Part shown: positions 44,124 through 54,647 of the stretch, piece after piece | How the letters are laid out: each line of letters begins with the position of its first letter | How positions within the stretch are numbered: the stretch's first letter is position 1 | Assembly: GCA_963826785.1 (NCBI GenBank) | Contig: CAWGYD010000003.1 | Span: forward strand, 256,001-320,000 | DNA from: an uncultured delta proteobacterium | GTDB taxonomy: Bacteria > Desulfobacterota > Desulfobacteria > Desulfobacterales > Desulfosalsimonadaceae | Length of the DNA: 64,000 nucleotides | Direction of reading: 5' to 3' | Notes under the pieces: model-generated | Told to the model about the DNA's origin: nothing | Database searches by the model: none | What the model saw: only the letters and a program-made list of their open reading frames with translations | Program-made: the position numbers and the translations under genes

Positions 44124-44325
44124 AGACACCCCCCTGCCCCCCTCAAGGGGGGATTGGGTCGATGCTCAAAGGGGGATCGGGGTTATGCTCAAGTTGGGAT
44201 TGGGTCGATGCTCAAGGGAGCATTGGAAGTATGCGCCTGAAGAGCCCCCCGAGAGGCGAAAAAAAACCAATTCCCCCCTTGAGGGGGGCCAGGGGGGTGT
44301 CTCGCTCCACGGCCAGGGGGGTGTC
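44124..44325. repeat. Composite REP-like element, copy 5
   Basis: ACACCCCCCTGCCCCCCTCAAGGGGGG...CCCCCCTTGAGGGGGGCCAGGGGGGTGT with internal ~23-nt tandem units. Confidence 0.8.
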
Positions 44326-44362
44326 CTTTCGCTTTCAGCCTAAACCCTGAAGGACCCAAAAA

Positions 44363-45383
44363 ATGACCACATTTGTCACCGGTGCCACCGGATTTGTCGG
44401 ATCGGCCGTCGCCCGCCGCCTGCTGGCCCTCGGCCATGATGTACGCGTGCTGGTGCGGCCGGGCAGCAGCCGGTGCAACCTGGAAGGGCTTGCGGTCGAT
44501 TGCGCGGAAGGCGACCTCAACGACTTCCATTCCCTTAAACGCGCGCTGGCCGGATGCACGGCCCTGTTCCATGTGGCCGCCGACTACCGCCTGTTTGTCC
44601 CTGATCCGGAGAAGATGTACCGGACAAATGTGACCGGCACCGTCAATGTCCTGCAGGCGGCGGCAGATGCCGGCGTTTCGAAAATGGTGTACACCAGCAG
44701 CGTCGGCGTTCTGGGAATCAGGACCGACGGAGCGCCGGCCGACGAAAATACGCCGGTGATGATCGAAGATATGATCGGCCACTACAAACGCTCCAAGTTC
44801 CTGGCGGAACACCAGGTCCGGCGAATGGTGGAAAAACTCGGACTTCCGGTGGTGATCGTCAACCCTTCCACGCCGGTGGGTCCGGGAGACATCCGGCCCA
44901 CCCCCACGGGACGCATGATTTCAAATGCAGCCCGTGGAAAAATGCCGGCCTTTGTGAATACGGGCTTAAATATCGTCCACGTGGATGACGTGGCGGCAGG
45001 CCATCTCCTGGCCTTTGAAAAGGGCCGCATCGGCGAGCGATACATCCTGGGCGGCGAGGATATGACCCTGGCCGAGATCCTGCGGCGCATCGCCTTGATC
45101 ACCGGCCGCCGGCCCCCCCGCCTGCGGATTCCCGTTTCCGTGGTGATGCCGGTGGCCTGTGCGGCTGAAATATGGGCGCGCATCACCGGCGGCGAAGAAC
45201 CCCTGACCACCATCGACGGCACGAAGATGGCCCGTAAAAGCATGTTTTTCACCAGTCGAAAAAGCGATGCGCGACCTGGGATATTCCCCCCGGCCGGCAG
45301 ATGAGGCGCTGCGGGATGCCGTCCGCTATTTTGGTCCGAAGAGCCGTAAATATAGCATACCTATTCGATCGGAGGCTTCTTGA
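44363..45383 (+). CDS. hpnA: Hopanoid-associated sugar epimerase/dehydratase (C-terminal frameshift)
   Basis: FVTGATGFVG, FHVAADYRL, YKRSK, VNPSTPVGPGDIRPTPTGR. The shifted tail KAMRDLGYSPRP ends at TGA 45383. Confidence 0.9.
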
Positions 45384-46883
45384 TGGGAGACGGGAGTGGA
45401 AATGCCATAAAAAAAGTCAGGGAAACCGGCGAGAAAGTCGGCAGAAAGGCGCAAGACAAACTCGGCGGACCGGCCCGATTTCAGATCATTCTCATGCTCG
45501 CGGCGATCTTGGGCCTCGACGGCGCGGACAAGGCAGCGGTTTCCGCTGTGGCGGACAGCCTCCAGAAGGTATTTGCCATCGGCAACACGCAGATCGGAAT
45601 TCTCATCGCCGTGGTGTCCTTCACCGGGGCCATCGCCACCCTCCCCATCGGCATCCTGGTGGACCGGATCAACCGGCGGCGGGTACTGATTGCGGCCATT
45701 GCCCTGTGGTCGGCGGCCATGGTGGTCAGCGGCATTTCCCAGTCCTTCATGTTTCTGCTGGTCACCCGGATCGCCCTGGGGGCGGTCACCGCCACCGCCA
45801 CCCCCGCCGTGGCTTCCCTGCTGGGCGACTTTTTCAAGGCCAGCGAACGGGCCCGGATCTACGGACTGGTCCTTACCGGAGAACTGGTCGGCACGGGGAT
45901 CGGATTTTTCGTTGCCGGAGAGGTTTCCGCCTGGCTCAACTGGAGATGGGCGTTTTTTTCACTTTCCATACCGAGTGCACTGCTGGCGGCGGCGGTCTGG
46001 AAATATCTGCCGGAACCCGCCCGAGGCGGCCAGAGCTGGCTGCGACCCGGCCAGGAAGAGATCGTCACCGGAAAAGATGCGGCCGAGGGCAGGGCCCCGG
46101 ACAAAGCGGATCAGGACGGAATCGGATGAAACCGAACTGGCCCGGGAAAAAATAAAGGAATCCGGCATCTTCCCAAAAGAGGAACTGGTGCTGCGGTCCG
46201 ATCCTGCGGGAAACAGCTTGTGGTGGGCTATTCGATACGTGCTGAGCATCCGCACCAATGTGCTGCTGATTATCGCCTCCGGCCTTGGGTATTTTTTCTT
46301 CTCCGGACTCCGGGCGTTCGGCATGATTTTTATCACCCAACATTACGGGATCAGCCGAAGCACCGCCAGCGCACTGGTCATCGTACTGGGGATCGGCGCA
46401 ATCGCCGGCGCCGTCGGCGGCGGACGGCTGGCCGACGCGCTCCTTGCCCGGCGCTGGATCAATGCGCGGGTCATTGTCCCGGGTTTCACCCTTTTTCTCT
46501 CCGCGCTTCTTTTTGCACCCGGCATCTGGACGACCTCGGTCCTGTTTGCCATTATCCTGTTCACCCTGGCGGCCCTGGCCCTGGGGGCCTCAAACCCGCC
46601 CCTGGATGCCGCCCGTCTCGACATCATCCATCCGAGGCTCTGGGGACGGGCCGAATCGGTGCGCACCACCCTGCGCATGAGCCTTGAGGGGGCCGCCCCC
46701 ATCATATTCGGCCTGGTTTCCCAATATGTTTTCGGCGGCAGGAAAAGCGGGCTGGAGTATACGTTTCTGATCATGCTCATCCCGGTGATCATCGCCAGTT
46801 CACTGGCCATTCCCGCCCGGCGCACCTACCCGCGCGACGTGGCCACCGCCGCAGCCTCGGCGGAAGCCACCTATGGGGATTAA
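45383..46883 (+). CDS. MFS transporter (frameshift at ~46120)
   Basis: GILVDRINRRR, LLGDFFKASERAR, GGRLADAL; about 12 TM over two frames. Confidence 0.85.
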
Positions 46884-46986
46884 ATAGGGTGGATTCGGGA
46901 TGAGAATAACGAACGGACCCCATTTCGATCAGATGATGACTCCGATAATACAATATTGATCAGAAGGATGAATCCCGGAAAAGGGG

Positions 46987-48147
46987 GTGGGTACGATTCC
47001 GAAAGACGACCATTCAGCAGACCAGCCGGCCGACTTCACCACCGGGCAGGCGGATTCGGGCCGAACCGTGATCTTCTTCAAGGGGCAACTGGATAAACGA
47101 CATATCGCGCCCCTGTGGGAAAAGATGCAGACATTTCTGGCTCAAGAGGACCCCCGGGAAATCACTTTTGATTTCAAGGAGGTCACGGGGTTTGACACCG
47201 CCGGCATGGCCCTGTTGAGGCGGATCGAAACCCATTGCAATGAAAAAAGCGGAAGCTGTGAACGGCGCAATCTGTCGGATTCGATCCGCCATTTCCTGGG
47301 TTACGTCTCCCGGCGGTCATCCGAAGAAAATCTTCAGCAGGAACCCGATGAACCGGGAATCATCGCCCGGCTGGGAAGGTGGGGGCGGCAGGAAAAGAAT
47401 GACGGGTACGATGTCATCCGCTTTTTCGGTGATTTCATCAACACCACGGCGACTGCTCTGCGCCGGCCCCATAAAATCAAGCTGTCCAATTTTTTTTATC
47501 ATCTGCAGAAGGTCGGGGCCGAAGCCGTTCCGCTGGTGTTTGCCTTAAGCGGTCTTCTGGGGCTGGTGATTGTCTTTCAGGGCTTGCGCACGTCCAATAA
47601 ACTGGGATCCGACATCTTCATCGCCGATATGGTGGCCATGTCGGTCACCAAACAGATGGCCCCGCTTCTGACGGCCATCATCATTGCCGGTCGTTCCGGG
47701 GCGGCGTTTGCCGCCGAAATCGGCTCCATGAAGATCCGGCAGGAGCTTGACGTCCTTTCGGTCATGAATTTCGACATCACCGGATTTCTGCTGCTGCCGC
47801 GCATATTCGCCATGCTCATAGCGACGCCGCTGTTGATCATGATCGCAAATGCCGCCGGCATCCTGGGGGGATTGGTGACCAGCCTGGTGGTGCTCGACCT
47901 GTCGGCCATCCGGTTCATCACGGAAGTCCGAAACGCCCTGGCCCCGACCGACATCTACACGGGCCTGGTCAAGGGAGTCGGATTCGGTTTGCTGGTGGGC
48001 ATGACCGGATGCTACCACGGGTTAAAGACACAAAACACCGCCGACAGCGTGGGGGTGGAAACCACTTCGGCCGTGGTCAGCGGCATTCTTTTCGTTATCC
48101 TGGCGGACGCCATTTTCGCCATCATGTTCAGTAAATTCGGATGGTAG
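46987..48147 (+). CDS. mlaE: STAS + MlaE-family ABC permease
   Basis: MAPLLTAIIIAGRSGAAFAAEIGSMKI.QE; N-terminal FDTAG STAS domain. Confidence 0.88.
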   Translation: MGTIPKDDHSADQPADFTTGQADSGRTVIFFKGQLDKRHIAPLWEKMQTFLAQEDPREITFDFKEVTGFDTAGMALLRRIETHCNEKSGSCERRNLSDSIRHFLGYVSRRSSEENLQQEPDEPGIIARLGRWGRQEKNDGYDVIRFFGDFINTTATALRRPHKIKLSNFFYHLQKVGAEAVPLVFALSGLLGLVIVFQGLRTSNKLGSDIFIADMVAMSVTKQMAPLLTAIIIAGRSGAAFAAEIGSMKIRQELDVLSVMNFDITGFLLLPRIFAMLIATPLLIMIANAAGILGGLVTSLVVLDLSAIRFITEVRNALAPTDIYTGLVKGVGFGLLVGMTGCYHGLKTQNTADSVGVETTSAVVSGILFVILADAIFAIMFSKFGW

Positions 48148-48156
48148 TCGAAAAGG

Positions 48157-48993
48157 ATGCCGGCCATGGATGACCACATGGACAGCAATGGGCGTGAACA
48201 TGGGGAAACAAACGATGTCATCACGGTGAATGACGTGACCCTCGGATACGGGAAGAGGACCGTTCTGGAAAATGTCAGCTTCACCGTTGAAAAAGGCGAT
48301 ATCTTCGCCATCATCGGACCGAGCGGCTGCGGCAAGAGCACGCTGCTCAATGCCATCATCGGCCTCATTCCGGTCAACAGCGGCAGGATCGTGGTGGCCG
48401 GCGAAGAGATCACCCAATCCGAAGATGAAGAGGCACTGCGCCGGGCCCGGAAAAACATGGGCGTGCTGTTTCAATCCGGGGCGCTGCTGGACTGGATGAC
48501 CATCGGCGAAAATATCGCTTTCCCTATGCGGGAGTTCACCGATCTGCCCGATGACCTGATCGAGCAGATGGTCAAAATCAAACTGGGAATGGTGGATATG
48601 GACAATCAGGCGGACAGGATGCCCTCGGAACTCAGCGGCGGCATGGTGCGCCGGGCCGGCCTGGCCATCGCCATGGCCCTTGACCCCCCCATCCTGTTCT
48701 GTGACGAGCCCTCCTCCGGACTCGATCCGGTCACGGCCAAGGAAATGGATGAACTACTGATCGAATTCAACAACTACTTCAATGTGACGGTGGTGGTGGT
48801 CACCCACGAGGTGCCCAGCCTGGAAAATATCGCCACCCGATGCATCATGCTCGACAAGAAAGACAAGGGAATTATCGCTTCCGGAACGTTTGCGGAAGTG
48901 AAAAACCAAAAAGATGATCGGCGGGTACAGCGGTTTTTCGAACGCCGCACCGATAAAAAGCCCAGAAAGAGGGATCATGACCCGGTTCAGTGA
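48157..48993 (+). CDS. mlaF: MlaF-family ABC ATPase
   Basis: GPSGCGKST, LFQSGAL, LSGGM, CDEPSSGLDP. Confidence 0.9.
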   Translation: MPAMDDHMDSNGREHGETNDVITVNDVTLGYGKRTVLENVSFTVEKGDIFAIIGPSGCGKSTLLNAIIGLIPVNSGRIVVAGEEITQSEDEEALRRARKNMGVLFQSGALLDWMTIGENIAFPMREFTDLPDDLIEQMVKIKLGMVDMDNQADRMPSELSGGMVRRAGLAIAMALDPPILFCDEPSSGLDPVTAKEMDELLIEFNNYFNVTVVVVTHEVPSLENIATRCIMLDKKDKGIIASGTFAEVKNQKDDRRVQRFFERRTDKKPRKRDHDPVQ

Positions 48994-49933
48994 TTTCAAA
49001 ATCGGCCTGTTTGTCCTCTCCGGCATTGTCATCGGGCTGGGAGCGCTGTTCTGGATCAGCACCTCTACTCTATTCAAGAGCACCCACACCTATGTCACTT
49101 TTTTCGACACGTCCGTCCAGGGAGTCAGCACCGGATCGGAAGTGAAATACCTGGGCATGGCGGTGGGGCGGATTTCAAGCATGAAACTCGTCACCGGAAA
49201 ACAGCTCGTTGAAATCAAGATGAGCCTCAATCCCCATTTCAAGGTCAAGGACTGGATGGCCGCACAGCTGCAGTTCGGCGGCATCACCTCCGGCAAGTAC
49301 CTGGGCATCGTCAAAGCCCCGGACAACATACAGAAAGTGACGCCTAAAATCGATTTTTCCACTCAGTATCCGGTGATTCCCTCCGTCCCCGGACAGATCG
49401 AAAAGGCCATGAGCGCCCTTAAAAACGTCTATTCGGATGTTCAGTCCCTCGACATCGGAGACCTGGTGACCCAGTGGGAGCAGGTGGCAAAACATGCCAA
49501 TGCCCTGCTCGCCGGAGGAGCGCTCGAAAAGGCGGTAAAGAATATCGATGCGGCCACCCGGCGCATCGACAAGCTCACCGGCGCCATTGCCGACGAGCAG
49601 TCCGTGGGCAAATGGCATCAGACGCTTTCCGATGTCACGGCCGCCGCCCAATCGGCGCGCAAGGCCGCTTCGAGCCTGGAAAACCAGCTGGCAAAAATTC
49701 CATCGGGGCAGGTGTCCGACATTTCCTCGCAGACGGACAAGACCCTCAAGACGATCAATCAATCCACCCGGGATGTCCAATCCCAGATCAGCCAGGCCAT
49801 GGTGCTCCTGCAGGAGAACATGCGGCAGCTGAACCAGACCCTGACCGAATTCCAGGATCTTGCCCAGTCCCTTCGACAGCAGCCGGGCAGGATTCTCACC
49901 CAGCCCGAGCAGGAGGAGCCTTTCAAGAGATGA
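48977..49933 (+). CDS. mlaD: MlaD/MCE-domain protein with a helical extension
   Basis: FKIGLFVL, SVQGVSTGSEVKYLGMAVGRI, coiled-coil tail ending LRQQP. Confidence 0.88.
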   Translation: MTRFSDFKIGLFVLSGIVIGLGALFWISTSTLFKSTHTYVTFFDTSVQGVSTGSEVKYLGMAVGRISSMKLVTGKQLVEIKMSLNPHFKVKDWMAAQLQFGGITSGKYLGIVKAPDNIQKVTPKIDFSTQYPVIPSVPGQIEKAMSALKNVYSDVQSLDIGDLVTQWEQVAKHANALLAGGALEKAVKNIDAATRRIDKLTGAIADEQSVGKWHQTLSDVTAAAQSARKAASSLENQLAKIPSGQVSDISSQTDKTLKTINQSTRDVQSQISQAMVLLQENMRQLNQTLTEFQDLAQSLRQQPGRILTQPEQEEPFKR

Positions 49934-50562
49934 ACTTAATGCCCCGAATCGCCGCCATGATACTTCTTATACCCCTGGCCATCGGCTGTTCTTCCATGCT
50001 CCGGCCCAAATCCCCTGAACCGGCCTTCTACCAGCTGGAGTACCCATCTACAAAGGTGGACTGCTCCAATTCCTTCAATGGCGGGGTACGGGTCTGGAAT
50101 TTCACCACCGCGCCGCCCTATGACCGGACCCAGATGGTGGTCCGGGCGCCGGACCGGGAAGTCATGTTTTCCCGGAACTATCAATGGGCCGCCCTTCCCG
50201 GCACCATGCTGACCAAGCGGATCCAAAACGACCTGGAGAAAGAAAAACTGTTTTCGGGAGGGGTGGTGCAGGCCGGTCTCGCAAATGTGCCCTGGGAACT
50301 TTCCGGCAAGGTAGAGACGTTCGCCTGTCAGCGCACGGATTCCAGCTGCAAAGCCATCCTGGGGGTCGATGTTTCCCTCAACAGCACCAGCCCGGGAGGC
50401 GAAAAGATTTTTCAGAAGAATTATCGGTTTACGAGCGAACCGTTCAGCAAGGATGATTCGGCAAAATTTGCGGCCGCCATGAGCGGAATCGCCCGGCAGT
50501 TTTCGGAACAGCTCCAGAAAGACCTCTGCCAGGCCGCCGGAAAAAACGGGCAGAGGCAATAG
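49930..50562 (+). CDS. ABC-type transport auxiliary lipoprotein (PqiC-like)
   Basis: Lipobox AIG-C; YQL, ..WAALPGTML; operon position. Confidence 0.8.
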   Translation: MNLMPRIAAMILLIPLAIGCSSMLRPKSPEPAFYQLEYPSTKVDCSNSFNGGVRVWNFTTAPPYDRTQMVVRAPDREVMFSRNYQWAALPGTMLTKRIQNDLEKEKLFSGGVVQAGLANVPWELSGKVETFACQRTDSSCKAILGVDVSLNSTSPGGEKIFQKNYRFTSEPFSKDDSAKFAAAMSGIARQFSEQLQKDLCQAAGKNGQRQ

Positions 50563-50623
50563 CGTTTGGATTGAAATGTTGAAATGAATACAAGGTGGAA
50601 TGATTGAACGTGCCTGCTGGGGA

Positions 50624-50955
50624 GAACACCCCCCCTGCCCCCCCTCAAGGGGGGAATTAAAGGGGAGGCAGCCCTCAAGTGGTGAATTAAAGAGGGGGTA
50701 TCCCTCAGGAGGAATAAAGAGGGGCCCACATAGAGGGGGAATAAGGGAAATGGGGTCAAACCCAAATCCTTCCTTTGCGTCAGGGGAAGCAGAGGGGAGT
50801 GTCGATTCAAATCCCCCCTCGAGGGTGACCAATCCAAATCCCCCCTTGAGGGGGGCCAGGGGGGTGTTCCCCTCGAGGGGGACCAAATCCAAATCCCCCC
50901 TTGAGGGGGGGCGGGGGGGGTGTTCACCCTGAGGGGCCAGGGGGGTGTTCCCCCA
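50624..50955. repeat. Composite REP-like element, copy 6 (expanded)
   Basis: Multiple CCCCCCTCAAGGGGGG/CCCCCCTTGAGGGGGG units and GGGGGGTGTT ends. Confidence 0.8.
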
Positions 50956-51096
50956 AAAAACCAAATCCATTCGGAGATAAATATGACCCGACTGCTTTTT
51001 GAATTCTGTAACCATCATTTCGATATTGCATCGTTTCATCAGTTCGCTTCGAGCGGAAAGGACCGCCGTGAAATATAAAGACCGAGGTGAAAGCCC

Positions 51097-52260
51097 ATGA
51101 CTGTATTACTGGAAGCCATTCTGCTGATCGTAATCGGCCTGTCGACTTTTTATTATCTCTATTGCGCCATGAGCATGCGGTGGTTCATCACGTCAGCCCG
51201 CAGAAAACCGCCCCGCAGCGCCGGCGGGGTGACCCTGATGGTGCCCGTGTGCGGAATCGATGAAGGCGCCTTTGACAACTGGGCATCCCTGTGCCGCCAG
51301 GATCATCCCGACTACGAGGTGCTCTTCGGGGTCATGGATGCAAAGGATCCGGCCGTTCCCATTCTCGAAAAAATGATCCGGCAGTTTGAATCCGGATCAA
51401 TGAAAAGCGGCGCCCGACGGATCAGGCTCCATTTCTGTCCGGAGGCGCTGGGGGCCAACCACCAGATCAGCAATCTGATCCACCTGTTTAAAATTGCGGA
51501 AAATGAAATCATTATCCTGGCCGACAGCGATATCCGGGTCACACCCGATTATCTCCGGCGGGTAACGGGACCGCTCAAAGATCCCCGTGTGGGGGTGGTC
51601 ACCTGCGGCTACCTGGACCGCGCTCCCAAATCCCTGGGGGCGGCCATGGCCGCCTTCGGCCGCGGTCTGGATTTCATCCCGGCGGTGCTGGTGGCCCGCA
51701 GGATCGACCGGGGCCTGAAATTTGCCATCGGGCCCACCATTGCCACCCGCAAAACGGTTTTAAAACGCGTCGGCGGACTGGAACGCTGCTTGAACCGCAT
51801 CGGCTCGGATTACCATATCGGCCGCCTGGCATCGGAGGCCGGTTTCAAGGTGGAGCTTTCCGATTACGTATTGGGAAACGACTGCGGGCGCGAACGTATC
51901 TCCGATGTGTTTCTGCGGGAATTGCGCTGGGCCCGGACCATCCGGCTGAACCGGGGCCTGCAGTATTACGGCATGGGCGTATGTTACGGAACCGTGTACG
52001 CCCTCCCCCTGTGGTGGCTGTCCGGTTTCCAGGCCTGGGCGGCATGGACCATGATGGCGGTCATTGCCAGCCGTCTGCTCCAGGTGCTTGTTTCCATGCG
52101 GGCGCTCAACGCCCCCCGGCTCATGTTCTGGCTCTGGGCCCTGCCGCTCCGGGAGTTGATGAATGTGGCCATCTGGTTCGGTGGCGGCTTCGGCCGGCGG
52201 GTATACTGGCGGGGAAGGCGCCTGCGCATCGGCGTAAAAGGCGTGCTGGCAGAGTCATGA
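51097..52260 (+). CDS. hpnI: HpnI-like GT2 glycosyltransferase
   Basis: QDHPDYEVLFGV, GANHQISNL, LADSDIRV, RELRWART, VYWRGRR. Confidence 0.82.
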   Translation: MTVLLEAILLIVIGLSTFYYLYCAMSMRWFITSARRKPPRSAGGVTLMVPVCGIDEGAFDNWASLCRQDHPDYEVLFGVMDAKDPAVPILEKMIRQFESGSMKSGARRIRLHFCPEALGANHQISNLIHLFKIAENEIIILADSDIRVTPDYLRRVTGPLKDPRVGVVTCGYLDRAPKSLGAAMAAFGRGLDFIPAVLVARRIDRGLKFAIGPTIATRKTVLKRVGGLERCLNRIGSDYHIGRLASEAGFKVELSDYVLGNDCGRERISDVFLRELRWARTIRLNRGLQYYGMGVCYGTVYALPLWWLSGFQAWAAWTMMAVIASRLLQVLVSMRALNAPRLMFWLWALPLRELMNVAIWFGGGFGRRVYWRGRRLRIGVKGVLAES

Positions 52261-52289
52261 TGGCTCCGCAGCAGCTTGTACGCCGGCGT

Positions 52290-52506
52290 GCGGTGTTTTG
52301 CAGTAAGAAACTTTCGACTCGCATTGGCTGACCGCCACACCCCCCTTTAATTCCCCCCTCAAGGGGGGATTGAAGAGACTGTTCCCCGCTCAAGGGGGGG
52401 ATTGAAGAGACTGTTCCCCGCTCAAGGGGGGACCGAAGAGACTATTTCCCCTCAAGGGGGTGTGATCGATGATTCCCCCCTCGAGGGGGGACGAAGGGGG
52501 GTGTTG
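52290..52506 (+). repeat. Composite REP-like element, copy 7
   Basis: Leader GGTGTTTTGCAGTAAGAAACTT plus five palindromic units with ~30-nt period. Confidence 0.85.
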
Positions 52507-52613
52507 AACCCTATAGCCGGGTCAAACGATAGCCATGAATGAGGAGGATCGAGTCATACCCATTTACAAAAGTGAATTTCTCTGAAGAAAGGTAAATGGG
52601 CCTGAAGATGCAA

Positions 52614-53732
52614 TCAATTTTGAATTTTTGCCAGGTGCCGCAGCGTGGTCCAGTTGCGGATCAGGGTTTTGACGGACAGGTAGTTGGTGGGTTTCAAAAT
52701 GACATCGGCGGCCCGGGCATATTCACCGGCCCGGAAATGCCTCAGGGCATCGGCAAAGGAAACCCCGGTGTGCATCAGGACACTTGCATCCCGGTAGCAG
52801 CCGCTGATGCATTGGGTGCAATGGTCCCGTACAAAGGGATGATCTTTGAAATCGAGGACGGAGCACATCTTTTCGGGCCAGAAATCGCACCGATAAATGT
52901 CCAGGTAATAGTCGATATAAAAATACCGGTACCCCGCCTGGCACGGAAACAACTGGGGTTCGCCCCGGACAAACCGCAGGATTTCGGACAGGGCCTCTTC
53001 CGAGTTGAGAATGGCGTACCGGCCCTTGAGGCTACGGATGGTTTCCAGGATGGCCGAAAGTTCCTGAGGGGTGTAATCGATGAGGTTCGAATCATGGGAA
53101 AAAGACAAGGCGGCCGAATGGAGCATCCGCTTGGGATAGGCGAAATTGACGGTATGGAGCCCCAGCCGGGAAAGATATTCCAGCATGTCCGGGATATCAT
53201 CGATGAGCCGGTTGATGGTGACGGAGGCCACGGCATTGATGCCGAGGCGGTTGCACGCTTCGGTGGCCTCCCGGATACGGCCGCATACCCCGGGAAGACC
53301 GCGGTTGCCTTCATGGCGTTCATCGGAGGCGGCATCCATGGAAATAAACAGGGTTTTTAATCCGGCCGCCTTGAGCCTGCGGACATAATCGGAGGACAGC
53401 CGCGAACCGTTGGTCACGATGGACGGCTGTATCCCCCGGTTCACCGCATAGGAGACGATATCGAAAATATCCGGGTGCAGGGTGGGTTCACCGCCCACCA
53501 GGGTGATAAACCGGATCCCGCGTTCATAGAGGATGTCGACGGCCCGGCAAAAAGCATCGAAATCAATGGAAACCCGGCGTCCTACGAATTTTTTATGCAC
53601 GGCATAATTGCAGAAATCGCATTTTGCGTTGCACACGTTGGTCACGGCCATGTTGCAGACGCCCGGTCCCCCCTGGGGCAGGAGTCTGAGCGTATCGGCA
53701 ATCTGATGAAAAGTGGACATCGTCTCTCCCAT
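52614..53732 (-). CDS. Radical SAM protein with a C-terminal Cys-rich (SPASM/twitch-like) region, function unassigned
   Basis: CNAKCDFC, GGEPTLHPD, CQAG...C...CTQCISGC. Confidence 0.85.
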   Translation of the reverse strand: MGETMSTFHQIADTLRLLPQGGPGVCNMAVTNVCNAKCDFCNYAVHKKFVGRRVSIDFDAFCRAVDILYERGIRFITLVGGEPTLHPDIFDIVSYAVNRGIQPSIVTNGSRLSSDYVRRLKAAGLKTLFISMDAASDERHEGNRGLPGVCGRIREATEACNRLGINAVASVTINRLIDDIPDMLEYLSRLGLHTVNFAYPKRMLHSAALSFSHDSNLIDYTPQELSAILETIRSLKGRYAILNSEEALSEILRFVRGEPQLFPCQAGYRYFYIDYYLDIYRCDFWPEKMCSVLDFKDHPFVRDHCTQCISGCYRDASVLMHTGVSFADALRHFRAGEYARAADVILKPTNYLSVKTLIRNWTTLRHLAKIQN

Positions 53733-53823
53733 TATGGAAAATTAATGGAATCCGTACATCAGAAACTTAAAAAAAGGAATTTCAGCGTGAATCAGCCATC
53801 TCAATCCAAACAGCCCTCATCGG

Positions 53824-54228
53824 ATGAACTCGCGGCACAGGAACAGCGAAACCGGGCGACTGCCCAAAGAAGCGCGGAAACGGTATGCACTGGCGCTTCT
53901 GGCTGTCGCCGCGGCGGGTTCCACCGGAAACGTGATGGTCAAGTACGGCATGGATCATATCCAGGTCCACTCGGCGTTGGGAATCTTCAGCAGCATGTGG
54001 CTGGATGTGGGCGTTTTTCTGCTATGCGTCCAGTTTGTCGCGCTGACCCTCGCCTTCCGCTGGGGGCCGCTGAGCCTGACCGTTCCCCTGCGGGGCGCGT
54101 CCATATACATCCTGACCGCCCTGCTGGCCATATTTTTCCTGGGCGAACAGATCAGCCTCATGCGCTGGGCCGCCATCGTGGTGATCACTATCGGCATAAC
54201 CCTTATCGGCATCTCCGGAGGAAAGTGA
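53824..54228 (+). CDS. Small EamA/SMR-like transporter subunit
   Basis: 4 TM; LSLTVPL, FLGEQIS..RW. Confidence 0.75.
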   Translation: MNSRHRNSETGRLPKEARKRYALALLAVAAAGSTGNVMVKYGMDHIQVHSALGIFSSMWLDVGVFLLCVQFVALTLAFRWGPLSLTVPLRGASIYILTALLAIFFLGEQISLMRWAAIVVITIGITLIGISGGK

Positions 54229-54647
54229 TGTATCTGTTTATCGGAATTACCATCGCCATTATCTGTTCGGTTTCAGGGGATTTCTTCGTCAAAGAGGGTT
54301 CCGACCGGATCAGAACCTCGGCCGTGGAAGAAGTGGGCGGATGGGACCGGATGATCAATCCCAATTACCTGGTCGAATATGCCCGCGAAGCCAATATTTT
54401 CAACTGGCGGCTTAATCTCGGCATCGGCTTTCTGGCGCTTTATTTCGGCGGATACCTCCTGGCCATGAAATCCGCCCCGGTCACTGTGGTGGTGCCGCTC
54501 ATGTCCTTTGTTCACGTCCTGAATACGCTTCTGGGAAAATACATGCTCCATGAGGAAGTGACCCCGCTGAGATGGACGGGGGTGGCCGTCATCGTCTGCG
54601 GGATCATCCTCCTGGGCGCTTTCGGCGGATCAGGCGCCGGCGGCTGA
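54228..54647 (+). CDS. Small EamA/SMR-like transporter subunit
   Basis: TGATG coupling with the previous gene; PVTVVVPL, LHEEVTPLRWTG. Confidence 0.75.
   Translation: MYLFIGITIAIICSVSGDFFVKEGSDRIRTSAVEEVGGWDRMINPNYLVEYAREANIFNWRLNLGIGFLALYFGGYLLAMKSAPVTVVVPLMSFVHVLNTLLGKYMLHEEVTPLRWTGVAVIVCGIILLGAFGGSGAGG

Noticed and set aside
52335..52506. CRISPR array interpretation of the periodic palindromes (also 41820-41965)
   Set aside because: The intervening sequences are short and duplicated rather than unique spacers, there are only 3-5 units, the ends are inverted, and no cas genes are present.
53475..54227. 390-aa ORF fusing upstream sequence to the second EamA gene
   Set aside because: It overlaps the rSAM gene and the first EamA gene; the real start is the coupled ATG at 54228.
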